Shown here: positions 52,801 to 64,000 of the stretch, piece by piece | Layout: every line of letters begins with the position of its first letter | How positions within the stretch are numbered: the first letter of the stretch is position 1 | NCBI GenBank assembly: GCA_040954595.2 | Contig: JBECUI020000029.1 | Location: 186,001-250,000 of the forward strand | DNA: 64,000 nucleotides | DNA from: Balanoglossus misakiensis | Taxonomy: Eukaryota; Animalia; Hemichordata | Direction: 5' to 3' | Translations under genes and position numbers: made by a program | Notes under the pieces: generated by a model | What the model was told of the DNA's origin: nothing | Database searches by the model: none | The model's input: the letters and a program-made list of their open reading frames with translations, nothing else

Positions 52801-55800
52801 ATTTTATCTATTCTAGCCAAAGAGCTTGGCACCTGTTGAAATGAACTCATCTGCTGTGGGCCAGTTTATTGGTGGCAGTTGAGCTGAGGAGAGCACCTTC
52901 CTTCCCGGCACGCCACCAAGTAAAGTTCCACGCCGCCCACCACAGATGCCAGCATTCATTCATGCGAGTGAGTGTAATTGCAAATTTGCCTATTCTAGAT
53001 CTGTAATGGAAATGGAGAAAGTACCTTATATTTTCTGTAAAATAGACATTTAATTGGCAAGCCGTCCTGCATCAATTATTAATTGTGTACATGCACTAAA
53101 GCGCCCTCACTGCTGGGTGTGTTGTATGGTCTTTAACCCTGTTTCAAATTAGAGTACTTTCTGCAATTTCAAGACAGATCTTACGTGCCATTGGAGAGCT
53201 CCATTGACTGGTCATTCATACTGTTTTCATTCATTCATTGCGGCATCAATATATTTTATCTATTCTAGCCAAAGAGCTTGGCACCTGTTGAAATGAACTC
53301 ATCTGCTGTGGGCCAGTTTATTGGTGGCAGTTGAGCTGAGGAGAGCACCTTCCTTCCCGGCACGCCACCAAGTAAAGTTCCACGCCGCCCACCACAGATG
53401 CCAGCATTCATTCATGCGAGTGAGTGTAATTGCAAATTTGCCTATTCTAGATCTGTAATGGAAATGGAGAAAGTACCTTATATTTTCTGTAAAATAGACA
53501 TTTAATTGGCAAGCCGTCCTGCATCAATTATTAATTGTGTACATGCACTAAAGCGCCCTCACTGCTGGGTGTGTTGTATGGTCTTTAACCCTGTTTCAAA
53601 TTAGAGTACTTTCTGCAATTTCAAGACAGATCTTACGTGCCATTGGAGAGCTCCATTGACTGGTCATTCATACTGTTTTCATTCATTCATTGCGGCATCA
53701 ATATATTTTATCTATTCTAGCCAAAGAGCTTGGCACCTGTTGAAATGAACTCATCTGCTGTGGGCCAGTTTATTGGTGGCAGTTGAGCTGAGGAGAGCAC
53801 CTTCTTTCCCGGCACGCCACCAAGTAAAGTTCCACGCCGCCCACCACAGATGCCAGCATTCATTCATGCGAGTGAGTGTAATTGCAAATTTGCCTATTTA
53901 CGTGCCATTGGAGAGCTCCATTGACTGGTCATTCATACTGTTTTCATTCATTCATTGCGGCATCAATATATTTTATCTATTCTAGCCAAAGAGCTTGGCA
54001 CCTGTTGAAATGAACTCATCTGCTGTGGGCCAGTTTATTGGTGGCAGTTGAGCTGAGGAGAGCACCTTCCTTCCCGGCACGCCACCAAGTAAAGTTCCAC
54101 GCCGCCCACCACAGATGCCAGCATTCATTCATGCGAGTGAGTGTAATTGCAAATTTGCCTATTCTAGATCTGTAATGGAAATGGAGAAAGTACCTTATAT
54201 TTTCTGTAAAATAGACATTTAATTGGCAAGCCGTCCTGCATCAATTATTAATTGTGTACATGCACTAAAGCGCCCTCACTGCTGGGTGTGTTGTATGGTC
54301 TTTAACCCTGTTTCAAATTAGAGTACTTTCTGCAATTTCAAGACAGATCTTACGTGCCATTGGAGAGCTCCATTGACTGGTCATTCATACTGTTTTCATT
54401 CATTCATTGCGGCATCAATATATTTTATCTATTCTAGCCAAAGAGCTTGGCACCTGTTGAAATGAACTCATCTGCTGTGGGCCAGTTTATTGGTGGCAGT
54501 TGAGCTGAGGAGAGCACCTTCCTTCCCGGCACGCCACCAAGTAAAGTTCCACGCCGCCCACCACAGATGCCAGCATTCATTCATGCGAGTGAGTGTAATT
54601 GCAAATTTGCCTATTCTAGAATTCTTACGTGCCATTGGAGAGCTCCATTGACTGGTCATTCATACTGTTTTCATTCATTCATTGCGGCATCAATATATTT
54701 TATCTATTCTAGCCAAAGAGCTTGGCACCTGTTGAAATGAACTCATCTGCTGTGGGCCAGTTTATTGGTGGCAGTTGAGCTGAGGAGAGCACCTTCCTTC
54801 CCGGCACGCCACCAAGTAAAGTTCCACGCCGCCCACCACAGATGCCAGCATTCATTCATGCGAGTGAGTGTAATTGCAAATTTGCCTATTCTAGATCTGT
54901 AATGGAAATGGAGAAAGTACCTTATATTTTCTGTAAAATAGACATTTAATTGGCAAGCCGTCCTGCATCAATTATTAATTGTGTACATGCACTAAAGCGC
55001 CCTCACTGCTGGGTGTGTTGTATGGTCTTTAACCCTGTTTCAAATTAGAGTACTTTCTGCAATTTCAAGACAGATCTTACGTGCCATTGGAGAGCTCCAT
55101 TGACTGGTCATTCATACTGTTTTCATTCATTCATTGCGGCATCAATATATTTTATCTATTCTAGCCAAAGAGCTTGGCACCTGTTGAAATGAACTCATCT
55201 GCTGTGGGCCAGTTTATTGGTGGCAGTTGAGCTGAGGAGAGCACCTTCTTTCCCGGCACGCCACCAAGTAAAGTTCCACGCCGCCCACCACAGATGCCAG
55301 CATTCATTCATGCGAGTGAGTGTAATTGCAAATTTGCCTATTCTAGAATCTTACGTGCCATTGGAGAGCTCCATTGACTGGTCATTCATACTGTTTTCAT
55401 TCATTCATTGCGGCATCAATATATTTTATCTATTCTAGCCAAAGAGCTTGGCACCTGTTGAAATGAACTCATCTGCTGTGGGCCAGTTTATTGGTGGCAG
55501 TTGAGCTGAGGAGAGCACCTTCTTTCCCGGCACGCCACCAAGTAAAGTTCCACGCCGCCCACCACAGATGCCAGCATTCATTCATGCGAGTGAGTGTAAT
55601 TGCAAATTTGCCTATTTACGTGCCATTGGAGAGCTCCATTGACTGGTCATTCATACTGTTTTCATTCATTCATTGCGGCATCAATATATTTTATCTATTC
55701 TAGCCAAAGAGCTTGGCACCTGTTGAAATGAACTCATCTGCTGTGGGCCAGTTTATTGGTGGCAGTTGAGCTGAGGAGAGCACCTTCCTTCCCGGCACGC

Positions 55801-58800
55801 CACCAAGTAAAGTTCCACGCCGCCCACCACAGATGCCAGCATTCATTCATGCGAGTGAGTGTAATTGCAAATTTGCCTATTCTAGATCTGTAATGGAAAT
55901 GGAGAAAGTACCTTATATTTTCTGTAAAATAGACATTTAATTGGCAAGCCGTCCTGCATCAATTATTAATTGTGTACATGCACTAAAGCGCCCTCACTGC
56001 TGGGTGTGTTGTATGGTCTTTAACCCTGTTTCAAATTAGAGTACTTTCTGCAATTTCAAGACAGATCTTACGTGCCATTGGAGAGCTCCATTGACTGGTC
56101 ATTCATACTGTTTTCATTCATTCATTGCGGCATCAATATATTTTATCTATTCTAGCCAAAGAGCTTGGCACCTGTTGAAATGAACTCATCTGCTGTGGGC
56201 CAGTTTATTGGTGGCAGTTGAGCTGAGGAGAGCACCTTCTTTCCCGGCACGCCACCAAGTAAAGTTCCACGCCGCCCACCACAGATGCCAGCATTCATTC
56301 ATGCGAGTGAGTGTAATTGCAAATTTGCCTATTCTAGAATCTTACGTGCCATTGGAGAGCTCCATTGACTGGTCATTCATACTGTTTTCATTCATTCATT
56401 GCGGCATCAATATATTTTATCTATTCTAGCCAAAGAGCTTGGCACCTGTTGAAATGAACTCATCTGCTGTGGGCCAGTTTATTGGTGGCAGTTGAGCTGA
56501 GGAGAGCACCTTCTTTCCCGGCACGCCACCAAGTAAAGTTCCACGCCGCCCACCACAGATGCCAGCATTCATTCATGCGAGTGAGTGTAATTGCAAATTT
56601 GCCTATTCTAGAATCTTACGTGCCATTGGAGAGCTCCATTGACTGGTCATTCATACTGTTTTCATTCATTCATTGCGGCATCAATATATTTTATCTATTC
56701 TAGCCAAAGAGCTTGGCACCTGTTGAAATGAACTCATCTGCTGTGGGCCAGTTTATTGGTGGCAGTTGAGCTGAGGAGAGCACCTTCCTTCCCGGCACGC
56801 CACCAAGTAAAGTTCCACGCCGCCCACCACAGATGCCAGCATTCATTCATGCGAGTGAGTGTAATTGCAAATTTGCCTATTCTAGAATCTTACGTGCCAT
56901 TGGAGAGCTCCATTGACTGGTCATTCATACTGTTTTCATTCATTCATTGCGGCATCAATATATTTTATCTATTCTAGCCAAAGAGCTTGGCACCTGTTGA
57001 AATGAACTCATCTGCTGTGGGCCAGTTTATTGGTGGCAGTTGAGCTGAGGAGAGCACCTTCCTTCCCGGCACGCCACCAAGTAAAGTTCCACGCCGCCCA
57101 CCACAGATGCCAGCATTCATTCATGCGAGTGAGTGTAATTGCAAATTTGCCTATTCTAGAATCTTACGTGCCATTGGAGAGCTCCATTGACTGGTCATTC
57201 ATACTGTTTTCATTCATTCATTGCGGCATCAATATATTTTATCTATTCTAGCCGAAGAGCTTGGCACCTGTTGAAATGAACTCATCTGCTGTGGGCCAGT
57301 TTATTGGTGGCAGTTGAGCTGAGGAGAGCACCTTCCTTCCCGGCACGCCACCAAGTAAAGTTCCACGCCGCCCACCACAGATGCCAGCATTCATTCATGC
57401 GAGTGAGTGTAATTGCAAATTTGCCTATTCTAGATCTGTAATGGAAATGGAGAAAGTACCTTATATTTTCTGTAAAATAGACATTTAATTGGCAAGCCGT
57501 CCTGCATCAATTATTAATTGTGTACATGCACTAAAGCGCCCTCACTGCTGGGTGTGTTGTATGGTCTTTAACCCTGTTTCAAATTAGAGTACTTTCTGCA
57601 ATTTCAAGACAGATCTTACGTGCCATTGGAGAGCTCCATTGACTGGTCATTCATACTGTTTTCATTCATTCATTGCGGCATCAATATATTTTATCTATTC
57701 TAGCCAAAGAGCTTGGCACCTGTTGAAATGAACTCATCTGCTGTGGGCCAGTTTATTGGTGGCAGTTGAGCTGAGGAGAGCACCTTCCTTCCCGGCACGC
57801 CACCAAGTAAAGTTCCACGCCGCCCACCACAGATGCCAGCATTCATTCATGCGAGTGAGTGTAATTGCAAATTTGCCTATTCTAGATTCTTACGTGCCAT
57901 TGGAGAGCTCCATTGACTGGTCATTCATACTGTTTTCATTCATTCATTGCGGCATCAATATATTTTATCTATTCTAGCCAAAGAGCTTGGCACCTGTTGA
58001 AATGAACTCATCTGCTGTGGGCCAGTTTATTGGTGGCAGTTGAGCTGAGGAGAGCACCTTCCTTCCCGGCACGCCACCAAGTAAAGTTCCACGCCGCCCA
58101 CCACAGATGCCAGCATTCATTCATGCGAGTGAGTGTAATTGCAAATTTGCCTATTCTAGAATCTTACGTGCCATTGGAGAGCTCCATTGACTGGTCATTC
58201 ATACTGTTTTCATTCATTCATTGCGGCATCAATATATTTTATCTATTCTAGCCAAAGAGCTTGGCACCTGTTGAAATGAACTCATCTGCTGTGGGCCAGT
58301 TTATTGGTGGCAGTTGAGCTGAGGAGAGCACCTTCCTTCCCGGCACGCCACCAAGTAAAGTTCCACGCCGCCCACCACAGATGCCAGCATTCATTCATGC
58401 GAGTGAGTGTAATTGCAAATTTGCCTATTCTAGATCTGTAATGGAAATGGAGAAAGTACCTTATATTTTCTGTAAAATAGACATTTAATTGGCAAGCCGT
58501 CCTGCATCAATTATTAATTGTGTACATGCACTAAAGCGCCCTCACTGCTGGGTGTGTTGTATGGTCTTTAACCCTGTTTCAAATTAGAGTACTTTCTGCA
58601 ATTTCAAGACAGATCTTACGTGCCATTGGAGAGCTCCATTGACTGGTCATTCATACTGTTTTCATTCATTCATTGCGGCATCAATATATTTTATCTATTC
58701 TAGCCAAAGAGCTTGGCACCTGTTGAAATGAACTCATCTGCTGTGGGCCAGTTTATTGGTGGCAGTTGAGCTGAGGAGAGCACCTTCCTTCCCGGCACGC

Positions 58801-61796
58801 CACCAAGTAAAGTTCCACGCCGCCCACCACAGATGCCAGCATTCATTCATGCGAGTGAGTGTAATTGCAAATTTGCCTATTCTAGATCTGTAATGGAAAT
58901 GGAGAAAGTACCTTATATTTTCTGTAAAATAGACATTTAATTGGCAAGCCGTCCTGCATCAATTATTAATTGTGTACATGCACTAAAGCGCCCTCACTGC
59001 TGGGTGTGTTGTATGGTCTTTAACCCTGTTTCAAATTAGAGTACTTTCTGCAATTTCAAGACAGATCTTACGTGCCATTGGAGAGCTCCATTGACTGGTC
59101 ATTCATACTGTTTTCATTCATTCATTGCGGCATCAATATATTTTATCTATTCTAGCCAAAGAGCTTGGCACCTGTTGAAATGAACTCATCTGCTGTGGGC
59201 CAGTTTATTGGTGGCAGTTGAGCTGAGGAGAGCACCTTCCTTCCCGGCACGCCACCAAGTAAAGTTCCACGCCGCCCACCACAGATGCCAGCATTCATTC
59301 ATGCGAGTGAGTGTAATTGCAAATTTGCCTATTCTAGATCTGTAATGGAAATGGAGAAAGTACCTTATATTTTCTGTAAAATAGACATTTAATTGGCAAG
59401 CCGTCCTGCATCAATTATTAATTGTGTACATGCACTAAAGCGCCCTCACTGCTGGGTGTGTTGTATGGTCTTTAACCCTGTTTCAAATTAGAGTACTTTC
59501 TGCAATTTCAAGACAGATCTTACGTGCCATTGGAGAGCTCCATTGACTGGTCATTCATACTGTTTTCATTCATTCATTGCGGCATCAATATATTTTATCT
59601 ATTCTAGCCAAAGAGCTTGGCACCTGTTGAAATGAACTCATCTGCTGTGGGCCAGTTTATTGGTGGCAGTTGAGCTGAGGAGAGCACCTTCCTTCCCGGC
59701 ACGCCACCAAGTAAAGTTCCACGCCGCCCACCACAGATGCCAGCATTCATTCATGCGAGTGAGTGTAATTGCAAATTTGCCTATTCTAGATCTGTAATGG
59801 AAATGGAGAAAGTACCTTATATTTTCTGTAAAATAGACATTTAATTGGCAAGCCGTCCTGCATCAATTATTAATTGTGTACATGCACTAAAGCGCCCTCA
59901 CTGCTGGGTGTGTTGTATGGTCTTTAACCCTGTTTCAAATTAGAGTACTTTCTGCAATTTCAAGACAGATCTTACGTGCCATTGGAGAGCTCCATTGACT
60001 GGTCATTCATACTGTTTTCATTCATTCATTGCGGCATCAATATATTTTATCTATTCTAGCCAAAGAGCTTGGCACCTGTTGAAATGAACTCATCTGCTGT
60101 GGGCCAGTTTATTGGTGGCAGTTGAGCTGAGGAGAGCACCTTCCTTCCCGGCACGCCACCAAGTAAAGTTCCACGCCGCCCACCACAGATGCCAGCATTC
60201 ATTCATGCGAGTGAGTGTAATTGCAAATTTGCCTATTCTAGATCTGTAATGGAAATGGAGAAAGTACCTTATATTTTCTGTAAAATAGACATTTAATTGG
60301 CAAGCCGTCCTGCATCAATTATTAATTGTGTACATGCACTAAAGCGCCCTCACTGCTGGGTGTGTTGTATGGTCTTTAACCCTGTTTCAAATTAGAGTAC
60401 TTTCTGCAATTTCAAGACAGATCTTACGTGCCATTGGAGAGCTCCATTGACTGGTCATTCATACTGTTTTCATTCATTCATTGCGGCATCAATATATTTT
60501 ATCTATTCTAGCCAAAGAGCTTGGCACCTGTTGAAATGAACTCATCTGCTGTGGGCCAGTTTATTGGTGGCAGTTGAGCTGAGGAGAGCACCTTCCTTCC
60601 CGGCACGCCACCAAGTAAAGTTCCACGCCGCCCACCACAGATGCCAGCATTCATTCATGCGAGTGAGTGTAATTGCAAATTTGCCTATTCTAGATCTGTA
60701 ATGGAAATGGAGAAAGTACCTTATATTTTCTGTAAAATAGACATTTAATTGGCAAGCCGTCCTGCATCAATTATTAATTGTGTACATGCACTAAAGCGCC
60801 CTCACTGCTGGGTGTGTTGTATGGTCTTTAACCCTGTTTCAAATTAGAGTACTTTCTGCAATTTCAAGACAGATCTTACGTGCCATTGGAGAGCTCCATT
60901 GACTGGTCATTCATACTGTTTTCATTCATTCATTGCGGCATCAATATATTTTATCTATTCTAGCCAAAGAGCTTGGCACCTGTTGAAATGAACTCATCTG
61001 CTGTGGGCCAGTTTATTGGTGGCAGTTGAGCTGAGGAGAGCACCTTCTTTCCCGGCACGCCACCAAGTAAAGTTCCACGCCGCCCACCACAGATGCCAGC
61101 ATTCATTCATGCGAGTGAGTGTAATTGCAAATTTGCCTATTTACGTGCCATTGGAGAGCTCCATTGACTGGTCATTCATACTGTTTTCATTCATTCATTG
61201 CGGCATCAATATATTTTATCTATTCTAGCCAAAGAGCTTGGCACCTGTTGAAATGAACTCATCTGCTGTGGGCCAGTTTATTGGTGGCAGTTGAGCTGAG
61301 GAGAGCACCTTCCTTCCCGGCACGCCACCAAGTAAAGTTCCACGCCGCCCACCACAGATGCCAGCATTCATTCATGCGAGTGAGTGTAATTGCAAATTTG
61401 CCTATTCTAGATCTGTAATGGAAATGGAGAAAGTACCTTATATTTTCTGTAAAATAGACATTTAATTGGCAAGCCGTCCTGCATCAATTATTAATTGTGT
61501 ACATGCACTAAAGCGCCCTCACTGCTGGGTGTGTTGTATGGTCTTTAACCCTGTTTCAAATTAGAGTACTTTCTGCAATTTCAAGACAGATCTTACGTGC
61601 CATTGGAGAGCTCCATTGACTGGTCATTCATACTGTTTTCATTCATTCATTGCGGCATCAATATATTTTATCTATTCTAGCCAAAGAGCTTGGCACCTGT
61701 TGAAATGAACTCATCTGCTGTGGGCCAGTTTATTGGTGGCAGTTGAGCTGAGGAGAGCACCTTCCTTCCCGGCACGCCACCAAGTAAAGTTCCACG
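10899..61796. repeat. ~50.9-kb tandem array, ~140 full monomers (452/274/275/265 bp) with a 7,243-bp 20-monomer HOR
   Basis: Monomer sizes were read from ORF-track spacing and the sequence. The 275-bp marker monomers (ORF coordinates 13439, 20682, 28925, 34812, 42055, 47225, 54468) are spaced 7243, 8243, 5887, 7243, 5170 and 7243 bp apart. Confidence 0.98.
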
Positions 61797-62183
61797 TGCA
61801 TTCCTGGCCCTGGTTTTATTTATGTTTACAGACAATATTGCATTTTTGTACAAGTATTTTAATCAACTATAAATTTTGAATGTGTCATTTACCTGAACCG
61901 GTCATGTTGACCAGAATGATACATTTCTGCCTTCACTCACCCTATAAATATGTGATTGAGACATAGGTCATTTGCATAAGCTAACATACCAGAAAGTAAG
62001 CATATCTGTTGTTTTCCCTGTGTCACTGCCATCAAAGTAAAAATTAGACGTTGTGTAGAGCAAACTCCAATTTTTTGTTCTCAATAAACATGGATGAATT
62101 ACATAGAATGTGTTTGTTGTTTACAGTCTTTAAATGACACATTAGATTATGCACTTTACAAAACGTTTCTGAGAAACAAGTGA

Positions 62184-62684
62184 CTAACTAGTTTCTTTCC
62201 ACTGTGGCCAACGTGGTTCACTGTTTGTGTCAGAATCTCTCTGTTTTGCAAGGATTTTGAAATCATAGTGGTGACATGCATAGTGAAAATCAGCTACTTT
62301 CAAATGTCCGTCATGTTCATGCTGTAATTGAATTTTCAAAGCTGGGCTGGCGTGTTTTTTCTTATTTACATAAGTATCACACTTTATACATGTATCTTCA
62401 TGGGGTTTTTTGAGTCCCGTATTTAGGTCCTCTCTCACAATTTTACGAAATATCGTATAACTGACAGTTGTTCTTCCCAGAAGAGATTGGTTGGTTATGA
62501 ACTCTCGGTGTAACTGCGATATACTGTGGGCCGGCGCCAGGTACGGTTTAAATCGAGGATTCCTGCAGTAGTGAGATTCTACAATTCTGTGCCTGCGTAC
62601 GTGTTCAGTGATATCAGTCAGCAAATTTGGATTGAGTTTCCGACGATGCCCTTTGTGTCGGCCCCTTGCATCTGGCATCAGACC
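62184..62684 (-). pseudogene. 5'-truncated duplicate of the transposase N-half gene (copy 2)
   Basis: Translation identical to ORF 3128-3622. Confidence 0.85.
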
Positions 62685-63085
62685 AGTAAAGTTCCATGTG
62701 CATTCCTGGCCCTGGTTTTATTTATGTTTACAGACAATATTGCATTTTTGTACAAGTATTTTAATCAACTATAAATTTTGAATGTGTCATTTACCTGAAC
62801 CGGTCATGTTGACCAGAATGATACATTTCTGCCTTCACTCACCCTATAAATATGTGATTGAGACATAGGTCATTTGCATAAGCTAACATACCAGAAAGTA
62901 AGCATATCTGATGTTTTCCCTGTGTCACTGCCATCAAAGTAAAAATTAGACGTTGTGTAGAGCAAACTCCAATTTTTTGTTCTCAATAAACATGGATGAA
63001 TTACATAGAATGTGTTTGTTGTTTACAGTCTTTAAATGACACATTAGATTATGCACTTTACAAAACGTTTCTGAGAAACAAGTGA

Positions 63086-64000
63086 CTAACTAGTTTCTTT
63101 CCACTGTGGCCAACGTGGTTCACTGTTTGTGTCAGAATCTCTCTGTTTTGCAAGGATTTTGAAATCATAGTGGTGACATGCATAGTGAAAATCAGCTACT
63201 TTCAAATGTCCGTCATGTTCATGCTGTAATTGAATTTTCAAAGCTGGGCTGGCGTGTTTTTTCTTATTTACATAAGTATCACACTTTATACATGTATCTT
63301 CATGGGGTTTTCTGAGTCCCGTATTTAGGTCCTCTCTCACAATTTTACGAAATATCGTATAACTGACAGTTGTTCTTCCCAGAAGAGATTGGTTGGTTAT
63401 GAACTCTCGGTGTAACTGCGATATACTGTGGTCCGGTGCCAGGTACGGTTTAAATCGAGGATTCCTGCAGTAGTGAGATTCTACAATTCTGTGCCTGCGT
63501 ACGTGTTCAGTGATATCAGTCAGCAAATTTGGATTGAGTTTCCGACGATGCCCTTTGTGTCGGCCCCTTGCATCTGGCATCAGACCAGTTGAACAGTGCA
63601 TCATTTTGCTTAGAACGGTTCTAGTCCGCCTCTCACTAATGCCAAATAATTTCAGGAATGCATTTTTGCAGACAGTAACCGTTTCACCGCCTTCATTCAC
63701 CAGGTGATAACGAACCGATTTCTTGTGTGACTTCATCTGCATATCCATCAGTTTGTAGAGCATCAAGTTCTGTTCATTATACACGCGACCATCAAAATAT
63801 TTTCTCGTGGTGCCTAAAACATGCGTACTCCCAAGCTTCCGCATACAATTCCCTTGAACGCAGGCGCATTCCAAGGAAAGACTGTCAATATCTGGAAAAG
63901 GGCGATTTTTCCTTGGTTTTTGTCTCGGACACGTCTTTTTAGAATTCCTACGTGGCTTGTTGGCTCGAGCTGACAGTTCGGTTCTGCGTTGCTGCCACAC
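63086..64000 (-). CDS. Sola1-like transposase N-terminal half, copy 2 (5' end outside the window)
   Basis: Identical to the 4030-4986 product over the visible part except L->M (GNCLRK/GNCMRK). Confidence 0.8.
   Translation of the reverse strand: MWQQRRTELSARANKPRRNSKKTCPRQKPRKNRPFPDIDSLSLECACVQGNCMRKLGSTHVLGTTRKYFDGRVYNEQNLMLYKLMDMQMKSHKKSVRYHLVNEGGETVTVCKNAFLKLFGISERRTRTVLSKMMHCSTGLMPDARGRHKGHRRKLNPNLLTDITEHVRRHRIVESHYCRNPRFKPYLAPDHSISQLHREFITNQSLLGRTTVSYTIFRKIVREDLNTGLRKPHEDTCIKCDTYVNKKKHASPALKIQLQHEHDGHLKVADFHYACHHYDFKILAKQRDSDTNSEPRWPQWKETS

Larger units (their letters stand above)
61797..64000. mobile_element. Gene cassette copy 2 (left end; runs off the window)
   Basis: Same junction (agttccacg|tgcattcctgg) and same 902-bp duplication as copy 1; offset 59,056 bp. 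Confidence 0.9.

Noticed and set aside
14188-61228. Dozens of 63-73 aa ORFs (MVAVELRRAPSF..., MTSQWSSP...)
   Set aside because: The plus-strand ORFs start at TTG. All are open only in insert-less monomers and have no recognisable domain, so they are by-products of the repeat. I considered excision-activated coding but found no ATG or promoter support for the plus-strand frame.
10899-61796. CRISPR array or integron-like cassette array
   Set aside because: No unique spacers or cassettes, monomers are near-identical 265-452 bp units, no cas or integrase genes, and the context is eukaryotic.
10899-61796. 5S rRNA, tRNA or snRNA tandem gene cluster
   Set aside because: No recognisable 5S, tRNA cloverleaf, U-snRNA or SL-RNA sequence seen. 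An Rfam/Infernal scan would be the formal test.

Overview
Eukaryotic, probably invertebrate animal, repetitive DNA: GT-AG introns, TATA and AATAAA signals, no prokaryotic operons. About 85% of the window is one tandem array. Its 452-bp monomer carries a 177-bp insert with terminal inverted repeats (TIRs). About half of the monomers lack the insert and carry small junction variants instead (274, 275 or 265 bp). The monomers form a 7,243-bp, 20-monomer higher-order repeat (HOR). An ~8.2-kb gene cassette (2741-10898) is embedded in the array, and a near-identical second copy starts 59,056 bp later at 61797. The cassette encodes: (i) a Sola1-like DDD transposase split into two intact, head-to-head genes, one for the N-terminal zinc/DNA-binding half and one for the catalytic half; (ii) a four-exon gene, missed by the ORF track, fusing a winged-helix domain to a PR-Set7/SETD8-like SET methyltransferase; (iii) a His-Cys-box (His-Me finger) endonuclease; and (iv) a diverged, insert-free copy of the array monomer. 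A 424-bp palindromic MITE with a TA target-site duplication sits in one monomer. The many 63-73 aa ORFs in the array are repeat artefacts. Family assignments come from motif recognition by eye; no database searches were run.
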